Sequence record: MZ443780.1
Length of the DNA stretch: 64,000 nucleotides
Reading direction: 5' to 3' (one strand)
A program made the translations under genes and the position numbers. The notes below the pieces were generated by a model. The model was not told the origin of the DNA and made no database searches. It saw only the letters and a list, made by a program, of their open reading frames with translations. Position 1 is the first letter of the stretch. Each line of letters begins with the position of its first letter. Positions 56,426 through 64,000 of this stretch are shown one piece after another.

Positions 56426-57013
56426 TTAGTTCAACATTGGCGTTAGATTTTCTAAGAAGTGTTTGCGATCAAACGACGAAATTCGGTGAGGATGATCGAC
56501 GTGCATGTTCCAGCCTTTGTTAAACAGCAGGATATTGCGCGGCAACGATACGACCGTACCAACACGGGTGAACGAATCACGCACGGCAGTTACCGGATTG
56601 TCATCGACGAGAATCCAAGTACCTTCACCGTAAAGCTCGTTCAGGAAATCAATCTTGTTCGGGTGCTCACGGCTATCGAGGCAGTGAATGTGATCGAACA
56701 ATGAGAGATGCTTGGACAGAGACTTGCGTGTGTAGCGTTCACCTTTTTCGTGATAGCCACGATGCGTACAAATGCCAGCACTGAATCCATCACGCACCAG
56801 CATCGCTACTGTCTGGATGAAGTAGTCACGCATGTTGGCTTTGAGCATGAAGCTACCATCAGCCAGCATATCGACAAATGGTTGCTTGCCGTTCTCTGGA
56901 GTGATGTACGTGTCGGTGCCTGGGTAGATTCCGAAGTTCATCAGATAACACAACATGAAATTGTGGGTATCGAATGCTGTGTCATCCATGTCAAAGAAAA
57001 TGTGTTTGATCAT
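56426..57013 (-). CDS. HAD-superfamily hydrolase (5'(3')-nucleotidase-like)
   Basis: HIFFDMDDT (motif I), ICTHR, LVDDN (motif IV). Confidence 0.75.
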   Translation of the reverse strand: MIKHIFFDMDDTAFDTHNFMLCYLMNFGIYPGTDTYITPENGKQPFVDMLADGSFMLKANMRDYFIQTVAMLVRDGFSAGICTHRGYHEKGERYTRKSLSKHLSLFDHIHCLDSREHPNKIDFLNELYGEGTWILVDDNPVTAVRDSFTRVGTVVSLPRNILLFNKGWNMHVDHPHRISSFDRKHFLENLTPMLN

Positions 57014-57345
57014 TAATGCCTCGTGCTATTGCACACAAAAGGAATGTTGTTGATATGTCCGAGATTCAGATCGCGGTTGCAGTATTGCAGGCGCATCTCG
57101 TCTGCGTTGGCGACAGCCATAATCTCATCGAAGGGATCGATGCGGAACACAGGCCACTCAAGCAGCTCGGTGTTGCTATCATCCGTTTCATCAATGAAGT
57201 AGGCACCAAGCATCCACTTAGTGCCTACGCTGTCTTGTACGAGGTGACCGATGATGCACTCTCCGTCCTGAACCACAAGATGAAGAGGATGATCTAAGCA
57301 AAGTTCTTCCTCGTCAAAATCAAAATGGAAATCATCATCGTTCAT
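57013..57345 (-). CDS. Hypothetical acidic protein
   Basis: 110 aa, overlapping start and stop codons. Confidence 0.6.
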   Translation of the reverse strand: MNDDDFHFDFDEEELCLDHPLHLVVQDGECIIGHLVQDSVGTKWMLGAYFIDETDDSNTELLEWPVFRIDPFDEIMAVANADEMRLQYCNRDLNLGHINNIPFVCNSTRH

Positions 57346-57347
57346 AA

Positions 57348-57920
57348 CTATGCCCTCAGATCAACCAAAATAGATGCAGCCAAATCTCGGAGCATATCAC
57401 GACCAAGAGAAGTATACATCGTTTGTGCTACGACTATGCGCTCTAAGAACAGGCGAGAACTGATAACGTCCTGACCTGTCTTCTGGCGAACGAACTCGAT
57501 GATTGAAGATGGCGGTTGAATGAGGAACGTGAGTATCTCGGCATCGTGCAGTACATTACCCATCTCAGTAACAGGTTGCATCTCTGTTTCCTGATCAAGG
57601 ATGTATGCGATGACTCGGTCCTCATTACCTATATTGCGGTGTAACTTAAAGAACTTTCTAACAGCACTCACGGTGTGCATAAAATCGTATTCCGGAGAAG
57701 TCGGCATACGAAGAAAGAGGGAAGCGAGCAACAGATTTATTTCTAACTGTGGGCCTTGCTCAATGTTCAACATGGCGTGAGAGGTAAGCACGACATGCAG
57801 CGAGAAGTCACGAGTGTAGAGCGGGTGAGAGGTCGCTGTCTGATCAAAGTAGTCAAGGGCGCGATACAACCCTTGACGCTTCAACAGGTGCTCTGCTTTG
57901 ATACGATTGAGGCGGTGCAT
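57348..57920 (-). CDS. Hypothetical protein, possibly a degenerate HD-domain fold
   Basis: 190 aa, helical; LLLASLF and VLHDAEIL, but no canonical metal-binding HD. Confidence 0.35.
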   Translation of the reverse strand: MHRLNRIKAEHLLKRQGLYRALDYFDQTATSHPLYTRDFSLHVVLTSHAMLNIEQGPQLEINLLLASLFLRMPTSPEYDFMHTVSAVRKFFKLHRNIGNEDRVIAYILDQETEMQPVTEMGNVLHDAEILTFLIQPPSSIIEFVRQKTGQDVISSRLFLERIVVAQTMYTSLGRDMLRDLAASILVDLRA

Positions 57921-58894
57921 TACTCTGCGCCACGAATCTCTTTCAGGCTGTTCTTGATCGCCTTACGCAATGTCTTGCCTGTGTCAATGCCGTCGATGTG
58001 ACGAGCGAACACATTGGCAAACAGCGTAGTAGGGTTTTTCATGATCGCTTTATCGAGGTCAGGACGACCCTCAGCAATCTGCATTTCCCCAGGCCATAGT
58101 TCAGCAACAGCAGCACTATCGTTCGCAGCAATCAGCTCCAGCTCTCGGACCGAGATACTGTTTTGGCGAGCGATGTTGCGGAAGATAACATCGACGAATG
58201 GCAGCAGGTCTTCGGACACAACGTTCTTCACGTCTTTCGCGTCACCAGCTCGTTGGAAATCTTCGAGCAGACCTTCAAGATGCGTTTGCGTGATCTTCTG
58301 GACGTTACGCAGTTTCTTAAACAGCATCATCCATCTGACCTTGCGCTTCGAACTCAGGAGATGAGTCCAGACGCTTTCACCGAGTGCGATCATCAGTCGG
58401 TTGTAAACGTCAACGCTAACGCAGTCGCGATCAACAAAGACCGTGATCTCGTCTTGCCATTCGTCTTTCTTAAACTTGCTGCGGAACGCGTGTGTCTTCG
58501 AACCTGACTGCTGGACAAAGTTGATACGCGCACAACGACGCAGCGCCTCTTGCAGGTGATACTTAGCAACGATCTTCGGAAGTTTCTTTAGACCGATGCG
58601 ACAGGCTTTAGCCACTTCTGCTTCACGCCCATAGAGCGAGAGTCGAGGCAGTCCACCGATAACAGGCATTGATGCGTACGGTCTGACTGTCACACCGCAC
58701 ACTGACATTCCCGGCTCAGGGTCTGACCCAAGAATTGCGAGCACGTCACCAGCTTTCGGACTGAACTTAATTGTCTCAGGGTCTGACGAACCGAGAGTGT
58801 TAGCGAGAATGCCAACAGTGTTTCCGGTTGCCAGAACGAGATGGTTTTTATTTCCCTGCCTTACGACAAGGTAATCATTTTCACTGTGTTTCAT
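57920..58894 (-). CDS. Hypothetical protein
   Basis: 324 aa in the operon. Confidence 0.65.
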   Translation of the reverse strand: MKHSENDYLVVRQGNKNHLVLATGNTVGILANTLGSSDPETIKFSPKAGDVLAILGSDPEPGMSVCGVTVRPYASMPVIGGLPRLSLYGREAEVAKACRIGLKKLPKIVAKYHLQEALRRCARINFVQQSGSKTHAFRSKFKKDEWQDEITVFVDRDCVSVDVYNRLMIALGESVWTHLLSSKRKVRWMMLFKKLRNVQKITQTHLEGLLEDFQRAGDAKDVKNVVSEDLLPFVDVIFRNIARQNSISVRELELIAANDSAAVAELWPGEMQIAEGRPDLDKAIMKNPTTLFANVFARHIDGIDTGKTLRKAIKNSLKEIRGAE

Positions 58895-58900
58895 AACGGC

Positions 58901-59419
58901 CTATTCTGCAATTGGTTCAGAGTAATGAACATGAACTTCCGCAGTACGTTCACGACGAATGCGACCGAAGGTTTGCGCAGTAGTAGCTGGTGCCCAAGTC
59001 ATGGACGCCTCTACTGACACAAGCACCTGCTCATCCCACATGTCACCGTCTTCGAGATAGTCGGCAATCATGTTCAACGCAACAGGACGGTCGAGACCCA
59101 GATGCGCAAGATCAGCAATAACGAGTCTCGGTTTGGTGCCGTCTTTCATCTCGTCGAGTTCGTATTGCAACTCGGACAGGGTACTGACTTGTCGAGCATC
59201 TGCGCCCGTCATGCCTTTGTACTCATCTTGTCCGAAATAAGCAATATCAAAGTCAGGAATGTCGGTATGCGACAAAAAGAAATGAGGTGCGTCCACCAGA
59301 ATAGAAGGTGAGGCGCACATCTGGAGCAAACCCATATACGGATGTTTAGTCTCATGGGCAGCTACCGAACAAGACGTCCCAGCAAGAGATTGACAAATGC
59401 TGTGTGCGAGATTATTCAT
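58901..59419 (-). CDS. Hypothetical protein
   Basis: 172 aa, GAGG RBS. Confidence 0.6.
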   Translation of the reverse strand: MNNLAHSICQSLAGTSCSVAAHETKHPYMGLLQMCASPSILVDAPHFFLSHTDIPDFDIAYFGQDEYKGMTGADARQVSTLSELQYELDEMKDGTKPRLVIADLAHLGLDRPVALNMIADYLEDGDMWDEQVLVSVEASMTWAPATTAQTFGRIRRERTAEVHVHYSEPIAE

Positions 59420-59457
59420 AGTAACCTCAATTCTCAGGAGTAGGTTATCGCAGCGAG

Positions 59458-60117
59458 CTACGAGGAGAAGTGTATGAACATTTGAACAGGTCGCGCATAC
59501 GGATTATGGACAGTGCGAAGCAACTGTTCGAAATGTACATCACGGCCACGCAGGTAATTGCAGTTATCGAAAATGATCAAACTGTACGGCTGGAGGTTCC
59601 TCACAACGTATCGCTTGTCCGTGGCAAGCTGAGGCTTTACCTCAAAGCTCTCTTTGATCTGATGGCACATGCGACCATAACCAGAGCTATCGCTGTAGAC
59701 GAACGCATCGCACTTAGTGGGGCGAACATCAAACAGGTCAGGCTCTCTCGTACCGATATACAGGCATCTGGCTTCTGGGTTCTTTTCCATGAAGTCCATG
59801 AGCAGCCACTGCGCAAAAACAGTAGCGCCGCTGCGTTGAGGCAGATGGAAACCAACAGTGTTGTAATCACGGAGGATTTCGTATGACACTTCTACCTTTG
59901 AAGCAGCCTCAGCGATTTGCTCTGCTGTCGGTATGACACGGCGTCGGGCGTACTCTTCGGCTGAGATTTTACCAAACGCGTAGTCGTCATCAACTTCGGA
60001 ATTAAGTTTGTAGTTAGCGCTGGCGAGAGCAGAATGCTGGACGGAATCGAATGCGCGTTTACGCACGGACTCGACTAACGTGAGCATTGCTTGCTGTTCG
60101 GCATTAAGTTCAAACAT
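59458..60117 (-). CDS. Hypothetical protein with a degenerate P-loop-like motif
   Basis: FHLPQRSGAT (Walker-A-like, K replaced by A) and LIIFDN (Walker-B-like). Confidence 0.35.
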   Translation of the reverse strand: MFELNAEQQAMLTLVESVRKRAFDSVQHSALASANYKLNSEVDDDYAFGKISAEEYARRRVIPTAEQIAEAASKVEVSYEILRDYNTVGFHLPQRSGATVFAQWLLMDFMEKNPEARCLYIGTREPDLFDVRPTKCDAFVYSDSSGYGRMCHQIKESFEVKPQLATDKRYVVRNLQPYSLIIFDNCNYLRGRDVHFEQLLRTVHNPYARPVQMFIHFSS

Positions 60118-60126
60118 AATGGTTCC

Positions 60127-60339
60127 TTATTTATCAGGGGTTGGTGGAGACGGTCTTTTCACCATGCTCGTTTTATCGACATAGTGAAAACCAAAGGCAT
60201 TCGCCTTGTACTGCTGACGCGCTTTGTTATCGCGGTGCTTTTTCAAATTAGCCTCACGATCCATATCGTCAAAGATACCCGTTCGACGATGGTACTTAAA
60301 ATCAGGGTGTACTGAGATATGTTTGACGATAGCGGTCAT
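60127..60339 (-). CDS. Hypothetical basic protein
   Basis: 70 aa, GAGG RBS. Confidence 0.55.
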   Translation of the reverse strand: MTAIVKHISVHPDFKYHRRTGIFDDMDREANLKKHRDNKARQQYKANAFGFHYVDKTSMVKRPSPPTPDK

Positions 60340-60350
60340 AGGTTATTCCT

Positions 60351-60848
60351 CTATACGGGTTTGAGTTTCAGATGCGCCCACGGAAAATCTGCTTTCTCCA
60401 GCAACTCGTTTGCAGTTCCCATCTCGGCGAATTTGTCAAACACATGACCGTACATCGCAGCGAACTCGGCATTCTCCAAGTCTGCTTGCCAATCATCATT
60501 ATCGGTCACATGCTTCTGCCAGATCTCATCGTGCAACTTAGAGAAGGCTTCGACACGCTTAGGGTAAAGCAGCGAAAACAGGTCACGGGCGAAACAGATT
60601 TTATACTTGTCCTCAGAAGCAAGTTTCTGCAAAGAGGTCAATGGGTATTTACAGTCAAAAGCAGACAGCACCTCGCTATACTGACGAAACAGACGCTTAT
60701 TCTTTACAGCAATCAATTCCATCGGGCAGTCTTTGATTAGACGCATCACCAACTTCTTGGAGCGCAGTTCAGGCCATTCAGATGGAGGCAACACAGCGCT
60801 TTGGGACAACTTAAACTCAAGTCGAAACAGAACTTCAATAGGGCTCAT
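60351..60848 (-). CDS. Hypothetical protein
   Basis: 165 aa, ATGA overlap with the upstream gene. Confidence 0.6.
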   Translation of the reverse strand: MSPIEVLFRLEFKLSQSAVLPPSEWPELRSKKLVMRLIKDCPMELIAVKNKRLFRQYSEVLSAFDCKYPLTSLQKLASEDKYKICFARDLFSLLYPKRVEAFSKLHDEIWQKHVTDNDDWQADLENAEFAAMYGHVFDKFAEMGTANELLEKADFPWAHLKLKPV

Positions 60849-62422
60849 TCTGCGTCCTCTAAATATGTGATATGGTCAGAGAATGGTTTTTGAATAAACA
60901 GTGCTTCGTCATAATGAATCTCACCATTGACCGTATCAATCAACGCACCATCGTGCTCCAGCGAGTAAATACATTTGACCTGCGTGTCGTCCACAAGAAG
61001 TTTCATCAGCCTGTACGATTCAATGCCTGAGAAAATATGATTGAGGATTTTTCGTTTCCTGCGTTCATTGATTTTCAATTTCTTGAGATCATATTTAACA
61101 CCAGACTGACAAGCAAGGGTTCGCTCTCCGAATTTCGTTTCACGTATGCGCTCGATATAAATATCAGTTAACGCAGACAGCGCGACAGACAACGGGATTG
61201 AATCGTTATTCCACTTTCGGATAAAATCGAAAGTCTGCTTTGTCTCCATAAGCCTACGCAATTGAGCAAACACTCTACCGCGCATTGAATAAGACAACTG
61301 ACCCATTGAGAAGATCGTCGCATAGAAACAAATCTTCGTTTCTGCTTTCGGTAGATTGTTGCGATGAGCAATATCGTCAACGGAAGTCACGCCTTCAAGG
61401 AACGAACATGCGATGCCATTAACTCGAAGCTCCTCAAGTAAAATGTTGAGCTGGCTGCTGGACATATCCCAGTTGGTTCCTATAGCACTGCACATCTGTT
61501 TGAGTTCCGATGGGAACGATTGGAAGCCACCACCCTTCTCAAACAAACGACCTCCAATCTTTGCTAGCCGATACACAGGCATATAGCGAATAATCAGCGG
61601 AGACTCCTGAACTATCTGCACAGGCCCGCTAAGTATTGACTGGAGAGATGCAAGGACATGATGATACTGCCCTTGTGCCCGCTGCGACTTCATGTATGAC
61701 CGTTGTTCGAGATAAGTTAGAATGGGATCAATTCGAATCTCATTCGGAGCCAACTTAGCAAGAACGGCCGTGTATAACTTTTTAGCCTCTCTGTCCCTGT
61801 TTGAGCATAACGCTTTGAGATCATGTCGTGGCCACTTGAATGGTTTTTTCACAGCAACATCTAACATGTCTTTTATCGTTTGCCCGTGCTGCTCGTTTAC
61901 CAAGCGCAAAGGACTATACAGACGAGTAACCTTCAAAAGGTCATCGCCCGTCTTAGGCTTCTCAGGGTACATGCACTCTAACACTTCGGCCCTTATGCGG
62001 AAGCGACGACACACTCCAGGTTTGCCCTTCTTGAAGATATGTCGTTTATGTTCGAAGACGTTATCGAGTAACCATTCTAGTGCTCGACTAAAATGTTTCT
62101 CTGTCTTAGCAAACTTAGGCGCTACTGGGCCCCAACACTGCGAATTTACTCCGAATACCATCGGCAGAACTTTTCGCCCGAACTTAGAGGGGAACGGTGT
62201 CCAAACCTCTCCGAACTTAGCGTTTCTCTGCTGGCTCTTAACAGGCGTATACAGCGATAGCTGCAACACATGCCAAAAGAACAGATTAATCTGTTTTCGG
62301 TATTCAGCTTCATGTTTCTTCGGCCCATCGTACGGACAGGCGAATACTATGTTATTCTGAACCCACTTGATAGGAAACATCTCCTGGTACGTGGGATTCT
62401 TCACCAAATACGGAGAAGCCAT
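60845..62422 (-). CDS. Protein with family-A-polymerase-like palm motifs (TV-Pol-like?)
   Basis: GGRLF..GGGFQ, NWDMSSSQL (motif-A-like), ETKICFYATIF (motif-B-like), LEHDGAL (motif-C-like). Confidence 0.45.
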   Translation of the reverse strand: MASPYLVKNPTYQEMFPIKWVQNNIVFACPYDGPKKHEAEYRKQINLFFWHVLQLSLYTPVKSQQRNAKFGEVWTPFPSKFGRKVLPMVFGVNSQCWGPVAPKFAKTEKHFSRALEWLLDNVFEHKRHIFKKGKPGVCRRFRIRAEVLECMYPEKPKTGDDLLKVTRLYSPLRLVNEQHGQTIKDMLDVAVKKPFKWPRHDLKALCSNRDREAKKLYTAVLAKLAPNEIRIDPILTYLEQRSYMKSQRAQGQYHHVLASLQSILSGPVQIVQESPLIIRYMPVYRLAKIGGRLFEKGGGFQSFPSELKQMCSAIGTNWDMSSSQLNILLEELRVNGIACSFLEGVTSVDDIAHRNNLPKAETKICFYATIFSMGQLSYSMRGRVFAQLRRLMETKQTFDFIRKWNNDSIPLSVALSALTDIYIERIRETKFGERTLACQSGVKYDLKKLKINERRKRKILNHIFSGIESYRLMKLLVDDTQVKCIYSLEHDGALIDTVNGEIHYDEALFIQKPFSDHITYLEDAE

Positions 62423-62590
62423 TGCATACTCCAGAAAAAGTGCTTCTTGCTCTTATTTTTACAGTTTTTGGTGCTTTTCGATCTTTTTCTTGTTTTAGGT
62501 ACAAAACAGAGTCACATCTTAACCCTCACTTCAACACCCCTACCTAAACCTCATGCGGACAAGCGAACCTCAGCCGCCCGCCAGCCGACA

Positions 62591-62701
62591 AGCTAATCAA
62601 CTAGCTTCGCTAGGACAGCTAACAAGCTAGGGCTAAATAGCTGGCTAGATAGGCTTATATTCATCATAGATGCTAGGGCTTTAATGGGTATCTAAGTGCT
62701 A
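62591..62701. repeat. Cluster of GCTA/TAGC short repeats in a non-coding region
   Basis: 8 GCTA and 2 TAGC in about 110 bp, counted by eye. Confidence 0.6.
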
Positions 62702-62916
62702 AAAATGAGCCAAGCGCGGATAGTCGTATGACGCTCGCTACGCATGTGAAATCAGCCGTAGACAGCTTAAAAGCGAAAAATCACCTAACTGATTTCGGTC
62801 AAAAATACCATGTAACTTTTTTCGAAAATCGCACTCGAAACTGTACGAATCGTGAGATTTTTCTGAAAATAGAGGAAAAACCCGAATAAAATCAAGGACT
62901 TTTCCCCCTTTTTCAG

Positions 62917-63576
62917 TTACTTTTTCTGCGAAACACGCTTCCCGAGCTTGACGCCGATTTGAGTCATGATGCGTTTGACAGTCTCCCCGTCGTGTTCAGC
63001 CATTGCACTCGCTAAACGTTCGCCCTGTTCACGCGATAGCTCTGGCATAATCATTTTCAGCATCTGTGAGCGCATCTTAGCTGATTTAGAGCGTCCTTTC
63101 GAGACAGACACGCCTTCATTCACCTTGAGCGCATTGCTAATCGCTTTCTGCACACGACGATCACCGAAGATATCGCCGAATACGTCACCGAACAGGTCTT
63201 TGAACGATAGACCACCGCTCATAATGTCGTTTTTCGTGAAACGCACAGGCTGTCCGAGAGCGTTTGTCTTCGTGCAGTGCGTGGATTCAACTTCGTTCGT
63301 TGTGCGTCCACCAGCACGGAAGTTCTCGTCAGGACGTGACGCTTTGCCCTCTGCGCCTGGCTTCGTGTTGCCATTACGCAGATCTGCATCACCTTCAACA
63401 GCTTTATCCGGGTCGAACATGTCGTCCGCTTTTGCGCTTTGATTCGCATCAAACGGAATCTTACCTGTCAGCTTGTTTGGATCTGGCCAACTGTCCGGGA
63501 TATCAGACGCAGGTTGTGGTTTGTTCGTCATATCACCGTTAGCTTCGCTGCTCAAGCTGATCTTAATACGTGCCAT
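62917..63576 (-). CDS. Hypothetical protein with a MARIKISLSS leader and a low-complexity N-terminal half
   Basis: 219 aa. Confidence 0.65.
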   Translation of the reverse strand: MARIKISLSSEANGDMTNKPQPASDIPDSWPDPNKLTGKIPFDANQSAKADDMFDPDKAVEGDADLRNGNTKPGAEGKASRPDENFRAGGRTTNEVESTHCTKTNALGQPVRFTKNDIMSGGLSFKDLFGDVFGDIFGDRRVQKAISNALKVNEGVSVSKGRSKSAKMRSQMLKMIMPELSREQGERLASAMAEHDGETVKRIMTQIGVKLGKRVSQKK

Positions 63577-63587
63577 TGTCTTTTCTC

Positions 63588-64000
63588 CTATCGGATCTTA
63601 AAGCCATTGAAAATGTTGTACGCAACTTCTTTGCGCTGTACGGGACGCGTGGTACACACCCATTCCCATTGTTCGTTTCGTGCTGTGCGCTTCTTAGGCG
63701 CTTCCATAACTTTCAGCACATAGTTTTTGAACGGCAGAACGAGAATGTCTTCTGGTTCTAACGGACCTGATCGAGCGGGCAGCACGACCGTGATGTTACC
63801 AACAGTCAGCTCCTGATCGTAGTTCAACACGTTCGCTTCTTCGCTGATGTTGCCCTTAACAGGAGGCACACCCAAATCGAAGACGAGCGTACAATGCGTG
63901 AATGCCTCAACGCCTTTCACGCGCAGCGTAACGTGTTTGCCGCGCCACGGTTCAAGGTTCGCTGCTGTTAGTTCGACTTCAACGCCGTTCAGCACAAGCA
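63588..64000 (-). CDS. Hypothetical protein, probably 5'-truncated by the window edge; possibly structural
   Basis: Frame is open to the right edge; beta-rich sequence. Confidence 0.5.
   Translation of the reverse strand, partial: LVLNGVEVELTAANLEPWRGKHVTLRVKGVEAFTHCTLVFDLGVPPVKGNISEEANVLNYDQELTVGNITVVLPARSGPLEPEDILVLPFKNYVLKVMEAPKKRTARNEQWEWVCTTRPVQRKEVAYNIFNGFKIR

Noticed and set aside
60646-60654. CTGTAAATA inside ORF 60351..60848 as a promoter
   Set aside because: About 300 nt from the next start and explained by coding sequence (DCKY), so not counted.
62270-62596. 108-aa plus-strand ORF with a hydrophobic stretch
   Set aside because: Arises from the T-rich tract and overlaps the 525-aa gene antisense.

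Overview
A 64 kb segment of a large, tailed, contractile-sheath (jumbo myovirus-like) dsDNA phage genome. Essentially all real genes lie on the minus strand and are tightly packed; the many plus-strand ORFs look like antisense shadows. Contents: a putative fibre/appendage cluster with Ig-like repeats and a tail sheath gene (1-11 kb); a replication/recombination set (SF2 helicase, probable beta-clamp, family A DNA polymerase with an N-terminal UDG-like domain, SbcD/SbcC, DnaX-type clamp loader); a 1948-aa SNF2 protein; cell-wall enzymes (GH108, Tlde1-like); and many hypothetical proteins. The polymerase is interrupted by a 1220-nt group I intron (21216-22435) carrying an HNH-AP2 endonuclease, and the intron appears to end in A instead of the canonical G. 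Main unexplained signals: (i) a shared N-terminal peptide M(E/Q)IxVSLS on at least five unrelated proteins, a candidate capsid-targeting or processing tag; (ii) two recurring upstream motifs, CTGTAAATA (mostly replication genes) and (C/A)TAATTT (mostly virion-type genes); (iii) an ORF-free run of about 7 hairpins at 56.05-56.35 kb behind one of these motifs, a candidate ncRNA; (iv) a second protein with family-A-polymerase-like motifs beside a GCTA-rich non-coding region. No tRNA, rRNA or CRISPR array was seen. Gene content recalls Y3/JA11/Lu11/PaBG-type jumbo phages, but this is an unverified impression. All functional calls come from visual motif recognition with no database searches.
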